Shown: positions 50,969 through 63,168, counted from the first letter of the whole stretch. The stretch is 63,187 nt of DNA, filler included, from Lenisia limosa (GCA_001655205.1; 8 parts of 8 records of this genome joined end to end with filler, not necessarily neighbours in it); one strand, 5' to 3'. The notes: generated by a model not told the origin, from the letters alone. Program-made: numbers and translations.

Positions 50969-51530
50969 ATTAGGCGTTGTGTTGAGGCATACACTGAAAT
51001 CCTTCATATTCAACACGACCCAATCCATCAATTCAATAAACACTTGAGCCTCCACTTTTCGAGTTCATCTCGGGCAATAGTGCAACCTGAAGCGTGGTGG
51101 TGCCCCCCTCCTCCGAAACACTAAACCGTTAATAGGCCGGCTAAACCGCATATGATATGAGTTGACGCAATATATATCTAGAAGGGCCCCCTCCTCCCTA
51201 CTTCAGTGATCTCAGTGGTTGAGTTTGAGGGGTTGAAGCTGCCAAGCTTATCCCACTTTGCTGGAGCAGCCCATTTAGCTTCCCTGCAGGATGAGATGAA
51301 TCTTTTTGGAAGGATATCAGTAGTAAATAACAAATATAGAAATGAGATGAGTCTTTTTGGAAAAGGATATCATAGGAGTAGTTACAGAGGCTACAGCAAC
51401 CTCCCCTGTTGATTCTGGGTTTTTTGTTTCACAAAATTTCCATTTTATCCCCCCTTCCCCCAACTCAGGTAACTTGGCATAGGCCTCAGTCGCCTTGTCT
51501 TGAACCAAACTTCTAAAGGAAACCTTGTAC
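50969..51530 (-). CDS. Probable 3' exons of a convergent hypothetical gene (strand and frames uncertain)
   Basis: YKVSFRSLVQDKATEAYAKLP (51530-51465), EAKWAAPAKWDKLGSFNPSNSTTEITE|GTAGGGAGG. A plus-strand reading is partly open too. Confidence 0.3.
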
Positions 51531-51562
51531 CTAATATGTAAAAACACCTTCTGAGATATACC

Positions 51563-51660
51563 TAAGGCTTCCTGCGGTCCCGAAAAAAGACTGAATTTCT
51601 CAACAAATCTTCGATAAATATCGATATTTGACTGGGCTTTTTCGGACCGTAGGGAAGCCC
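51563..51660. mobile_element. Family A2 MITE copy
   Basis: TA|AGGCTTCCTGCGGTCCCGAAAAAAGAC...TTTTCGGACCGTAGGGAAGCCC. Confidence 0.75.
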
Positions 51661-52225
51661 ACGTACTCCAGTATTACTTTAATACGTTATTACTCCAGTT
51701 CTACTTGAATAAGTTGTTGAAAACGTCTTACTACCAAAGATTACCCCCCCCCCATACACACAAAAAAATGGCTTTCCNNNNNNNNNNNNNNNNNNNNNNN
51801 NNNNNNNNNNNNNNNNNNNNNTTAATTAATTAANNNNNNNNNNNNNNNNNNNNNNNNNNNNNNNNNNNNNNNNNNNNTTGCTGGCTGGGTATGTGGGTTT
51901 TTATTGTTTCTTGCTCTATTAAACCCAGCTTCTCAAACCATATTCAGCTTCTGTCGTCTTTTGGGGGTCCTATTCTGCATATCTAAGATGGTTAAATAAG
52001 AGAAATAAAGGAATATAATGAGAAGATGGGAGGGAAATGGAAATTATACGCTTCAAATACTTATGAGCGGATGTACACATACTATTAATCAGAAGATCCA
52101 TCACGTTGAAAAGACATATGTATATCATGTTGAAGTAGTGTTTATACTTGTAATATTGAAATCACGCAGCGTGTAATAATCTAGTGTAAATCTTTATAAC
52201 TGTGTATTTTGATTTATTTGCCAAC

Positions 52226-55200
52226 TTTTTGGCTTCGGCGTGGTTTGCGAGGGCGAATAGAGCCGTCTCCGAACAGGAATCGTGTCATCTTCTGACTGGG
52301 GAGGGTAATGAGTTACGGGGAGGGAAATTCTGGGGAGGTGTGGATGGGGATCGTAGAAATATAATGAAACAAACATAATCTACTCTGTTGGCTCAACTTT
52401 TGAAGAAACACAATCTACTCTATTCGCTCAACTTTTGAAGAATAAAAGAGGTGTTTGAAAAGTAAACAAAGCCATTATATATTATATTATATTCAAATAA
52501 ACAAAACAAAAAACAACTCTACATGGGAGTTACACCCCCCAAATTGATGGTCATCATAGCAATATAACAATCAATGACATACAATGACCGGAATAAGTCT
52601 TGACCGATTATCTCTGTGATTTCCCAGAAAAATCCGTCGAGGATTTCCCAGTCAGTGAATATCATACGATATGTAATTACCTACAGACTGTAACAGATAA
52701 CTCCCCCAACCATTACATCAGGGAGTCCATCTTGAGGGGAAAGCGGCGGAGATGTGAGGTAACTGGCATTGTTGAAGCGATCCTGTCCGTTGTTGTCAAA
52801 AACTGCATCGACAACTTCGTTAAATCGGTCAATGTTGAACTCTTCGTCATCATCATTATGCTGCCTCATGATATGCTCGTTACCGGGAGCAACGGAAGCT
52901 TCCGCGTTGCTAAAGTCCACTTCACGGAGCGGGGAAAGAGTTTCATCGTCTCCTAGATGCGGTTGCGGGCTAGAGCCCTGGGACGCAGGACTGAGGACCA
53001 TGGGGGACCCGGGGAATCTCGGGGAGAGAGGGGGGGAGGGTGAGGGTCTTCCAAAAATGGGGGAAACTGCGGGGGATAGCGATCTATGATCGGGTGAGGC
53101 GAATGCGAAGAAGTTTGTTGATCTGGGAGCACTCGGGTTCCCCGGGGAGACCAAGGCGGCAAAACCTCCGGTTATCGGAAGCGGCGAGGTCGGCTCTGTT
53201 TTCCGCCCGTGTTTCTGCGGTATATTTGTCCCCGCCATGCCGGGAATACTTTCATCACTTGAGCTGAGATCTATTGATCCGAAGTCAGCGGGGCGCTTCA
53301 ACGTGGCATCTGGGTTCCTGAGAGCTTTTCGCGAGGCTTTCGGTTTCTCGGGAGTAATGCCCGGCCTGGGCTTGGTTTTTGGTTTTGTGACAGACTGGGG
53401 CTCTTGCGAGGTGATTGCCAAGATCCGATCGAGTATGGGGTCCCGTTTTGGCTCTGTCGGCTCTTTTTTCTTCCTTTTTTGGGTCTTTCTCCCTGGCTTT
53501 GTATCCAGTATAGGAAGAGCTGTTTTGTCGGTTTCCGTCTTCCTTGTCTTCTTCTTGTCTTCTTCCTTCTTTTTTGAGACAGTTGCTTTAACCCCCTTCT
53601 TTTCGTTTTTCCTCTTGCTGCGTGCCCCCAGGATTGTATCGGATAATGATGACAAGGAATCGTCAGAACCAGGACCTGATAGCTCCGCAGCCGGGGATAG
53701 AGAAGCTTGGCGACCGGCTGTTTTTGGTGGCAGTTTTGGTTCATCCGACTCCGAGCCAGATGAAATGGATCCCACGATCTGACTGGGAGTTCTTCGCTGG
53801 GGCTTTGGCCGAACAGCTGGCTTGTTTTTCTTCTTGTTGCCCTTCTTCTCCTTGGTTGTTCCAGTTGCCTTTTTGTCAAGTCGGGCCTGGCGTTCTGCTT
53901 TCTTTTTCTCAGCAGCGGCCTTCCTTCGGTTTGCCGGATTGAAGAAGTCACTTAAGCTGGCGTCGGAATCGGAAGCGTCGGAAGCTTCTTCGGAAGATAA
54001 CACGGGCTCGGGTTCCGCGACCGGTTTTGCCTGTCTTTTCTTTGGCTTGTCGCCCGGGCTGGGCTTCTTTGGTGTGGGCCTTTTAGAAGCGGGCTTCGCT
54101 GGCGGCGTGGGTTTCGTGTACCGGACGGGCTTTTTGCGCGCTTGTTGCTTCGACATGGGCTTGTTTCGGAAGTATGGGGTGTCAGACAGATCGGAAAGCT
54201 CGGAGTCGGAAGCCATTCCTAGGTCTGCCGTCGGAATTGTCGGAACCTTCGGAACTGGCCGGACCGGAATGTCGAGGTCGGAGGAGCTGTCGGAGTTGGA
54301 CCGGACCGGCGGCGGCAGGTCTTCAGCGTCACTATCGAAAAGATTGTTTTTGAAAAGAGAATCTAGGGAGCCTGATGACCCCGGGGAGTCCGGGAGAGGT
54401 TTTTCTCCGATTTTGCCTCGGCGCTTCCAATCGCTATTAGAATCTGGCGACGACGCACTGCGCGCATGGGATGATAGTTCTTCCGTTAGTCGATCGAGGG
54501 AGAACCCCGGGTCCTCCTCATCACTGTCCAAATCGATCGGCGACCGCTTCGGCTGTCGGGTCGGAACCGCAGCTTCCGACTCACTTTCCGATGAGACTAG
54601 AAGGGCCAGCCGGCCGTCATCGCTCTCATCGTCGTCTTCGACGATTGTTTTTGGCTTCTTTCTAGTGTTCGAAGAGAGCTTGAGCTCGCCAGATCGCGAC
54701 AGATCAGACGCCCCCGTGATATGACTGGTTTGAGAAAAGAACATTTGAGATGGAGAGAAGGGGGAGAGATGGGCGGTGGAGGAGCGTGCGGCAGCTGGAA
54801 TGGTGTCTCTTTGTTGGAAGGATGAAGGAGACTGCTCGTCTAGGGGGTTCTATGGGTAGTTAGCGGAAGTGTTTCTAAAAGTCTATCACGCACATTCACA
54901 TCAAATAGAGTTTTACAAAAGAGTAATAGGAGTTCAGGAATACATAACATTATAAAGACAAAGACAGAGAGTCTTAAGCAAGCAATTTATTCGAAGAGAC
55001 AAAGCAAAATGAAATGTCACAAACAAAAAGACGAAAGAGAAAAAAAAAAGATGAAAGAAAAGCTGTCAAACATACCTGGTTCTGAGGGGTGGAGGGAAGG
55101 CCAACAAGCTCAGGCTCCGAGTCGGTATCAGGATCACTAATGTTGACCGGCGGGGGGCTTGAGGGAATCCTGACTTTAACTTCCGAGTCGGCTTTTTTCT

Positions 55201-55801
55201 TGTCTCTTTCTGAGTCCGCTTCCGACACCACGTCATCGTCAGGCTGGGTTTCGGACTCCTTTAGAAGGGCCTCTAGTTCGGCGTCGTCCTCAACAAATGC
55301 CATTCCGACGGCCGTCCTGGGGTTGTGTGTGAAATGTGAAATATGCCGATGAGACGATGAGAATAAAAGTGAGACCTTATGTAATAACATAAATACGCGT
55401 AGTGCTTAAGTAATGTGAAGCATTATTGAAGCCCCCCACCCCCCTCCTCCACTTTCACAGTTACCATATTCATTTTATAGTTACCATATTAAAATAGTAC
55501 CCGTACCACTTTCACAGTTACCATATTCATTGGAATAGTATCCCCCACCCCTCCCCACAAAACACTACCGCTTACCCCTTGTGCTTTGCCTGAGAGTTCT
55601 CCACACATCGATCAAGATGGGCATTGATATTGACCTCGGGGATCTCATCGCCGCAGACTGGACATGGAATGTTGACATTAGCACGTGCCGGGGCCGAACC
55701 GGCAGCAATGCAGACGTCAAGGTGATCGTTAACCTCGGATTCCGGGACCTGGCGATTACAGCAGGGGCAGGAGACCGTTTTGATGACTGGTGGTGCCGGG
55801 G
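52226..55801 (-). CDS. Tandem UBZ4 (Rad18-type C2HC) zinc-finger protein with a long Ser/Asp/Lys/Pro-rich disordered region; putative DNA-repair scaffold
   Basis: Exon 55801-55576 encodes VSCPCCNRQVPESEVNDHLDVC and IPCPVCGDEIPEVNINAHLDRC. Then exon ~55320-55077, a single exon 54849-52711 (acceptor CTAACTACCCATAG, donor GTTGGGGG) and exon 52295-52226. Both ends are unresolved. Confidence 0.75.
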
Positions 55802-55837
55802 CTGTGACCCGATTAGGAAAGTGGGTGAAATGTAGTG

Positions 55838-55926
55838 CGTCACTTTTGTTTCCAAAAGACTGAAATATATCGAGATTCATCTGATCGAGAATTCAATTTT
55901 TTTTGGAACCGAAAGTGAGGTTCTAG
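55838..55926. mobile_element. Family A MITE copy (diverged)
   Basis: TCACTTTTGTTTCCAAAAGACTGAA...TTTTGGAACCGAAAGTGA. Confidence 0.55.
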
Positions 55927-56998
55927 TGAAATGGGATGCTGTGAAGAATACATTCTTCTGCATGTGAGTGTNNNNNNNNNNNNNNNNNNNNNNNNNNNNN
56001 NNNNNNNNNNNNNNNNNNNNNNNNNNNNNNNNNNNNNNNNNNNNNNNNNNNNNNNNNNNNNNNNNNNNNNNNNNNNNNNNNNNNNNNNNGGTCTCGAATT
56101 CCGTGATTAACTGTAAGATGCCAAAGGGATGTTTCGTCTTTTTGTTTTTGTCAAAAAATGAGAACAGTAAGAAGCAAAAGTGGTCAAAGAATGATTTGAT
56201 AAAAAACAGGAATCCAGACAGATTGTCAAAACATGCTATTTCACCTTTTGACGTAACTCCTTCATTTTGCCCTTGTTTTCTGAGGTATCATTTTGCTCGG
56301 TGTTTCTCCGCTAAGGTCCACTAGCTCCCCCTTTACTTTGCTGGGAGAAGAATACTGGTCATATAGGAAAATGGCCATTCCCTTTTTATCAACCATATAA
56401 CTTCGATTTTTATGATATTATTTATGTAGTGGTGTTCTTTTGTTCCATCTTTAATAAAACTTTCAGAACCCACTATCACATCGATGTCGGGTGAGATAGT
56501 GTCTTCAGGGATTATTGTTGTATCCCCCAATGGATTTTATTCCAATGTTATGAGTATTCTTTAGATTGAACATAAGAAGTATCTCTGAATTGATATTTCG
56601 GTTTCAAGTCGGCTGAAATTGTAAGTGGCAAATATATTCTATCTTCTTTCTTCATTTACACACGAGTCTCAAGCTATTGTTATTCTAATGACTGAGTCGA
56701 CATGTATTCAAGTTATTTCAAATATATCTGTCTGGTCTTCCTGAGAAACAACAAAATGTAGAAATGAGAAATAAAAATTGGTAGAACATGGCCGAAGCCA
56801 TTATAAACGAGATAATGGATACAACACTAATAAAACACTTGAAAATCAAAATAAGAGCAGTNNNNNNNNNNNNNNNNNNNNNNNNNNNNNNNNNNNNNNN
56901 NNNNNTTAATTAATTAANNNNNNNNNNNNNNNNNNNNNNNNNNNNNNNNNNNNNNNNNNNNGGTGGAGGGTGAAAAAAAAAAAGCATGTAACAACCTA

Positions 56999-59900
56999 CC
57001 AGGTTTAATGATTTCATCTATGTTGAATGATGAGTCTGACTGAGGCACTAAAAAGGTTAGGCATAACATCTTTATGTGAAAGAGGCAAACACAAAAGGGG
57101 AGACGTTGAAACACGTACTATCCTTCAATATGTGTAAAAGTAACACATCCACCTACATTCAGACGAAGAAACGTGCTCAATAGGGGCAGCAGGCTGTTCG
57201 GTTGAGGGCTACAGCAATATCAAAAGGGATATGAAAAACGCCAGCAGTATTGCTACACCCAGATAACAATTGAGACCTCCCTATTGTCCAAAAAGACAAT
57301 AATCGAGGATATCAAAAACTTCGTCCAAGGGGACAGCTGGGGTAGCTAATCCAAATATATCTAAAAGACCAATTGGTAAAAGTAACATCATAAGCTCACG
57401 TCTAATCTTGCCAATGTCTGGAGATGCGCATGTCTGGCTTGCTCCAAGGCTGCTTTTAGAGATGAAACTTCACTTGTGGATTGCTGAGTGGTCAAATGTA
57501 AGAAACTCAATGACTTTGATTCCTCAAAGCTAATATTCCCTTCCCCCCTCCTCCTCGTTGAATAATAGTTCAAATTACCCCGCCCCCTCCAACTGCAGTT
57601 GCGTCAGCCATTTGGCGCAGCATTGCCGCTCTTTCAGTCTAAAAGTTATTATTATTAATAATAATAACAATTATAAGTACCAGTTTACTTTGCTTTACTT
57701 TTGTAGATATTAGGCTTACTATTCCCAGGGAATACGGATTCAATTTTGATGGAATTAATAGAATAAGACAGAATATTGTCTTCACCAGTAAAATATAAAC
57801 GTGATAAGACATGCTCACTTATTACCCACCAACCTGTAGTGCTGCAGTAATCTCATGCTCACGTAGTTCTGAGAACCTTTTCCTCGCAATAAGCGTCTAA
57901 AATTGTAAGAAGGAATTCAGTTGCAATAGTATGCTACAATTGTAGTCAAAATGCTACCGGCATACATCTTCCTTTGCCTGTGTAACTTCGGATTCAACCC
58001 TTCCGATTTCCTTTTCAGCTTGCTACAAAGAAAACAAGTCAAAAATGAATCCGTGAAACCATATTTTATTATTCATCCATTTCCAGCAGTCATATGTCAA
58101 GCGACAAAGGTGAATAAAAGATGGACTACATTCGAATACAGACAAAATTCTTTGACTAGACAACATAGAAATGTTTTTTGTAAGAAATATGTAAATTGAA
58201 ATGGCATACCGAAAGTTTGAATTGCAAATCCGCTAGGTCATTTTCCAGCCTCTAAATTGGTGAGATTTGATATTGATTGTGGCTCCTGAAAGAGTGGGGA
58301 ACACATGAGCATATGTGAGGATGGTGTTTAACATGTTCAAATGTTCAAAGGGAAAAGAAACCTCAAAACAAACATAACAGGCAAGAAACAAATACAATCG
58401 TATCAAAAATAATAAAAATATCCATCCACTATTTCGCTTTCCAAATAAGGCAAGTTTGATAGGCTTTAGCCTCGAGGGCTTCATTGCTTCTTCATTTCTA
58501 TTTGTTTTGCCGCTAAGAAGGTTTAAAGTAGTGCATTTTATATTTAGTGATTTCCATCTTCCATTTCCTCTGAACACGCATCTTAACTAATTTAATTGTT
58601 AAGTAAAAAACAATGAGAGGAGTGAGCTATTATCTCCAATTTTGCCATAACAATTCAGCCACAACCAACTTATGAACATGTTGATCATCATGTTCGAAAC
58701 ACCCCCCCTCCGAACACAAAAACCTGTGGTGTGTCACCATGTGTAAGCGGATTTTTTACTGTTGTCACAGCCTCAGATTCCGTATTCGCATACTCACGAG
58801 GACAAGCAACTGGCACCATCACCACCTCCGATGCCTAAAGACTTCGAGCCATTCCATCCAGGTACATATATCACTACTTTTTCTACAGTATTAATACTGT
58901 CAGAAGACACCGAAATTGAAGTACCTCGTCCGATACGTTTGGAAACTCAAATGAAAACAGCCTTTCGATACCCTCATTGCGTTGGCAGCTTGTATTTCTT
59001 ACCAATTTGCTTTGCTTTTAAAACTTACTGATATTTGTATTAGGGATCTCCAAAGTCCCCAAAGCTCAAAGCAAAGCACAACTACCCAATTCCACCACTC
59101 ACTGAGTCGCCAAAAGTGACAACAAACAAAAACGTAGGGGAACGAAGCTTTGGTAGACAACTATCTTTAACCAATTCAGGTAATGGGGCGCTATTAACTC
59201 GTTTTTGATGTGAGAAAATGTTATTGGAGAAATGACATGCTGACTAAATTCATTTTCTGGGGTATTTCTACCTCCACCAATTAGCCCCCAAACCTTAGTA
59301 GTTACCAGGGCATCATCCAGGGCCATTCGGCTGACTCGGCGCTCAGCGTCTAAATCTCCCTGCAGCGATTTCACCATTTCTTCAGCACGATCGAATTCTG
59401 GCATTCAATAAATATCACAGATTAGAGAAAGTTCAAAATCAAGCTTTAGACGAAGTAACAAAATTAATATGGGTTTCAAGAAAGATAAACTTTCCCAAAA
59501 TACCATTCTTTAATTCTTCATGGGATTGAGCAGTAGGACGTTGTTCCACTTGCTTGGACACTTCATCAACCAGCATTTGCAGTGACTCAGTCTACTTAGG
59601 TAAGTGCAAGCAGGTCTAAATAATATGAAGCAAAACAATATCAGCAGAGTGCATGATAAATTAACCATTAAACTCTCCGTTTTTTTGCAATGCTATGAAG
59701 TCGGAGTTCAGGAATATAGCACACAACCAACATACCTCAACTGCATGTGCTCTTTTCAATTGAACAACTTCACGTGCATGGCGGTCCAGGTAGGATTCAT
59801 ATGCTGCAGCATTCTCAGCGAGCTCGCCTTCTTTTTGAGCAATTGTCATCCTGAAAAGGTGAAATTGTTGAGTCCCAGGAGATGGATTTTAAACAAAGGA

Positions 59901-62900
59901 ATGTAAAATATGGGACGTCACATGTCTTACCTTGATTGTGCGAGTAGTCCCTTCAGAGTCTCCAAATCGCCTTCCTGAGCAAGGCTCAAGCGTGAGTCTA
60001 AATTATAACTGAATGTACACGAAATGTTAAAGCTGTTCAAAAAAACTTACCATTTCTTGCAGAGCACAGCGAGTGAGTAACGGGTGTTTCACTGAAAAGT
60101 CAATCAGCGCTCAATTCATCATAATAGTTTGCATGTTGCCTCAATGTGTTTGGAAATGGTCTTCATCTTTTGGCTGATAAAAAAGGCCTGCTGAAGACAT
60201 ACTGATAAACAGTTCACAATCATCTTATCACATTCCCTTCTCACTTTGTTGGGGGTGGCTGAAGAGTTGATGCCGAGGTGTTTGGAATCAAAACAGACTC
60301 CAAAGCTTCATCCTAGATATTTAGCACTATACAACAGTGTTTACCTGTTCTTTGTACATCTTGACTTGTGCTTGAAGTTTCGCCAGCTCCTCTTTCACAT
60401 TAGCGTTCTAAATGAGATAACTCTGGTAACTAATTGGTTTATAAGTATTGAACAAATAAAAAAACTTACAATTTGTTTTTAAAAAATAATATTAGTATGA
60501 AATACCTCAGATTTTGCTAAAAGGATTCGAGTTTCTCGGTCTTGAACCTTGGCCTCTAAATTACGGTTCTAAACAGTAATTCGACTTTGATCAGTCAGAC
60601 ATACCAATTGCTTCAGTTCATTCAGCTTGGTGTATAACTCTGAGTCTTCCTGAGAGGGAGACAAAATGATTGGATTCCTAAAATATCAAATAACAGAATC
60701 TACCTCCTTTCTTCACCATTATTCCAATGGAAACTATGAACCCCAGTTAGCATACCTTTCCAATAAAGCTGTCGAAGTGCTAAATGTGATTGGGTTCAAC
60801 GGAAGATTCCCATGAGGTGTCTAAAGTGTGAACCAAGGACAATACATAATAAAACTTTGAACATATAATCTAAGAGCATTTGCAATTTAGAATATGACTA
60901 ATGCATACTGTTGTTCTTCTCAGTGCGGCCTGAACACTTTCCTCCCAGGACTCATCACCTTGTGACGCAGTTATGCCCAAGCTTGATTGGGATCGGCTTA
61001 AGGAAGGTGAAAAATGAACAATGTGGCAGTTGACTGAATGTTATTATTAGTATCATCTGCTTGGACCAACCTATGCAGTGAAGAAGCGCTAACACCAAGA
61101 TCATTTGACGAACCCCCAATTGCTCCTGCTGGCCTAATGCCTGGAATATCGGGATAGGACGTTTTGGGTCTAACAGTATCTTCAAGTTTGTCTGAGGAGA
61201 GGAATTCCTCAGATATTTGTGGGTCCGTTGGGGTTTCCTAAATTGACAGTGAGAAGCATATTATACATGAAATGTATCAAAAGCAGCCAATATAAGCCAT
61301 GTAAAAAAAAAAAACTAATGCTACTCACGCTATCCAATGATGTCTGTAATGTACTTCAAAAATCCTCATATTACCATCCCATCCAAGCGGACTTTGTAAG
61401 CCTGTGTGATAGTAGCAACAGAAGGTGAGTCCAGGTCGGGGGAGGGTAGCGATGGTTGGGAGGCAAATGATTCAGGTTCTCGCACTGGAGCTGAAAGAAA
61501 TTAGAACTTTTGTATTTAAATGGTGTTTTTCTTTTTCACAACTTTATCCATCCAGAGATGGTACAATACAAAGCGAAAAAACACCCACTTTCATCAGCCA
61601 TATTGTGATCAGTCGTGGACAGTTCAGACATTGCATCCAAAACTGTGGCCTGGGAGACAACCACCGGGGGAACAGTACTAAAAATGTGAATCCAGAGAGA
61701 ATAGAGAAGACATTCAAGGAATTAGTTGTGTTTTTATCTGTATGGACAACCAAACAGGTAGTCTTTCGTGGCAATAAACATACAATAATACCTGAGTCAA
61801 TGACATACCTTATTACTTCTGGTTTTTGATCATCGGGTTGGGGAAGATTGTCAAGTTCAGGGGTTGTTGAGGCAACAGGTTCAACAGGTTTGGCACCCTG
61901 TTCGTCCTTTGTAAGGTCGTTACTACTTGTTTTATTAACACTATCAGAGAGGGGTACGTGGGCCTGTTCAATTGCTGGAGTAGCTATTTCTGGAAGTAAA
62001 AAGTGTTCTTTTGAGGGAAGAGATGACATGGAAGAGGATTCGGATGGAGTAGCGATCATGACGGGGGATGTGGTGTACAGGGACGGTGTGTTTTGTGAGG
62101 CTGAAGTTGAAGGTGGTAAATTTGGAGATGATTGAGAAGACATTTTCTTGAGGGGAGCTGCCAGTGAATCTTCATCCGTGATTGTAGTGAGGTCTAAAAG
62201 GAGTTAAAAAAACCCATTTTGAACGCTTGGTCAAATATAAGAGGGTGTCTGATTAAATCATTCAGAGAAGTTGATTTCACCCTCTTACAATTTGGTGCTG
62301 TTGGGACAGTATCCAATGTAGACGGTTTTTCAGACGGGGGTATGTTGAAAGACTGTGACTAAATCCGTTAAAGAAAGTAGAAATGGAAAAAAAGATACGG
62401 CAATAACACCTATTCAATAACAATATTAAAAGTATCATATCATATACCTTATCATATACAGTCTCCTCAAACTCTCAGTTTTTTCGCAATCTCGCTTGCA
62501 GGGGTTAAGGATGAGCGTGGAGGTGGAGACATCAAATTCGCCTTCAAAAGATTCTACACAAGTGAGTGAAACAGCATAGCGGGGAGTAGAATGCTTGTTA
62601 CCAAAGCCCACATCAGCATCCGAGGAGGACTGAACAAGACCGTCTTGGACTAGTTTAGACTACAATGTTAATTCCGAAAGCTAATGAAAACGTAGCACTA
62701 TTGTGAAAATAATAATAATAATAATAATAAAAACAGTAATATTGTTCTATGTTATGAATACCTTAAAACTGTCTTTGAGCTTGGACATTTTCCGTTCATA
62801 GCTTTCTTCCAGTTCCATCTAAGTGATCAGAGAAGGCCAATAGTAAGGTGAAGCTTTCCCCACACAGTTCAGACCTTCATGCTTTCAACTTGAGCAGCGT

Positions 62901-63168
62901 AGAGGGAATGGGCCTCTTCTACTCTACTGCCCTCCAGGTCTGCCTGCGCCTGCTGCTGTTCTATCCAAGTGCGACGTTCCTGAAAGGTCACAAATGAATT
63001 ATTGTTCTTGGTTAAAATAAAAAAACAATTAAAAAATATACTGTAAAAGTTGATATATCAGAAGTTTCTGAATGATGACTCACCAGCTCAAAATCTCTTT
63101 CAAGTGAGGCGACTTGGCTTTCAAACTCAACATGCATTTCTTTCGAAGCCTTGTGTAGTTTTTCCTAA
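56999..63168 (-). CDS. Long multi-exon coiled-coil protein with a central Ser/Pro/Thr-rich block (both ends truncated)
   Basis: EKLHKASKEMHVEFESQVASLERDFEL|ERRTWIEQQQAQADLE...|MELEESYERKMSKLKDSFK; MSSQSSPNLPPSTSASQ...; MTIAQKEGELAENAAAYESYLDRHAREVVQLKRAHAVE; EFDRAEEMVKSLQGDLDAERR; QAEKEIGRVESEVTQAKED; QSTSEVSSLKAALEQARH. Confidence 0.75.

Noticed and set aside
52769-54724. Long plus-strand ORFs (e.g. 53822-54724, 300 aa)
   Set aside because: Antisense shadows of the low-complexity minus-strand exon, which has proper splice sites and joins the UBZ exons in frame.
56090-56861. Possible upstream exons of the UBZ gene, or a separate small gene (ORF 56333-56530)
   Set aside because: I could not build a frame-consistent model on either strand, so it is left uncalled.
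11501-56917. TTAATTAATTAA palindromes as a biological motif, and gene clustering across them
   Set aside because: Always centred in exactly 100-bp N blocks, so they are assembly linkers. Adjacency of the kinase, STIG1-like, VPS13-like, DDX24 and UBZ genes cannot be read as a functional cluster.
13794-62398. U12-type donor look-alikes (GTATCCTTT at 13794; ATATCCTTTT on minus ~51369; GTATCTTTT on minus 62398)
   Set aside because: None is needed for a frame-consistent gene model; the 62398 option creates a stop; no convincing TCCTTAAC branch site with a matching acceptor. None of the introns I called needs the minor spliceosome.
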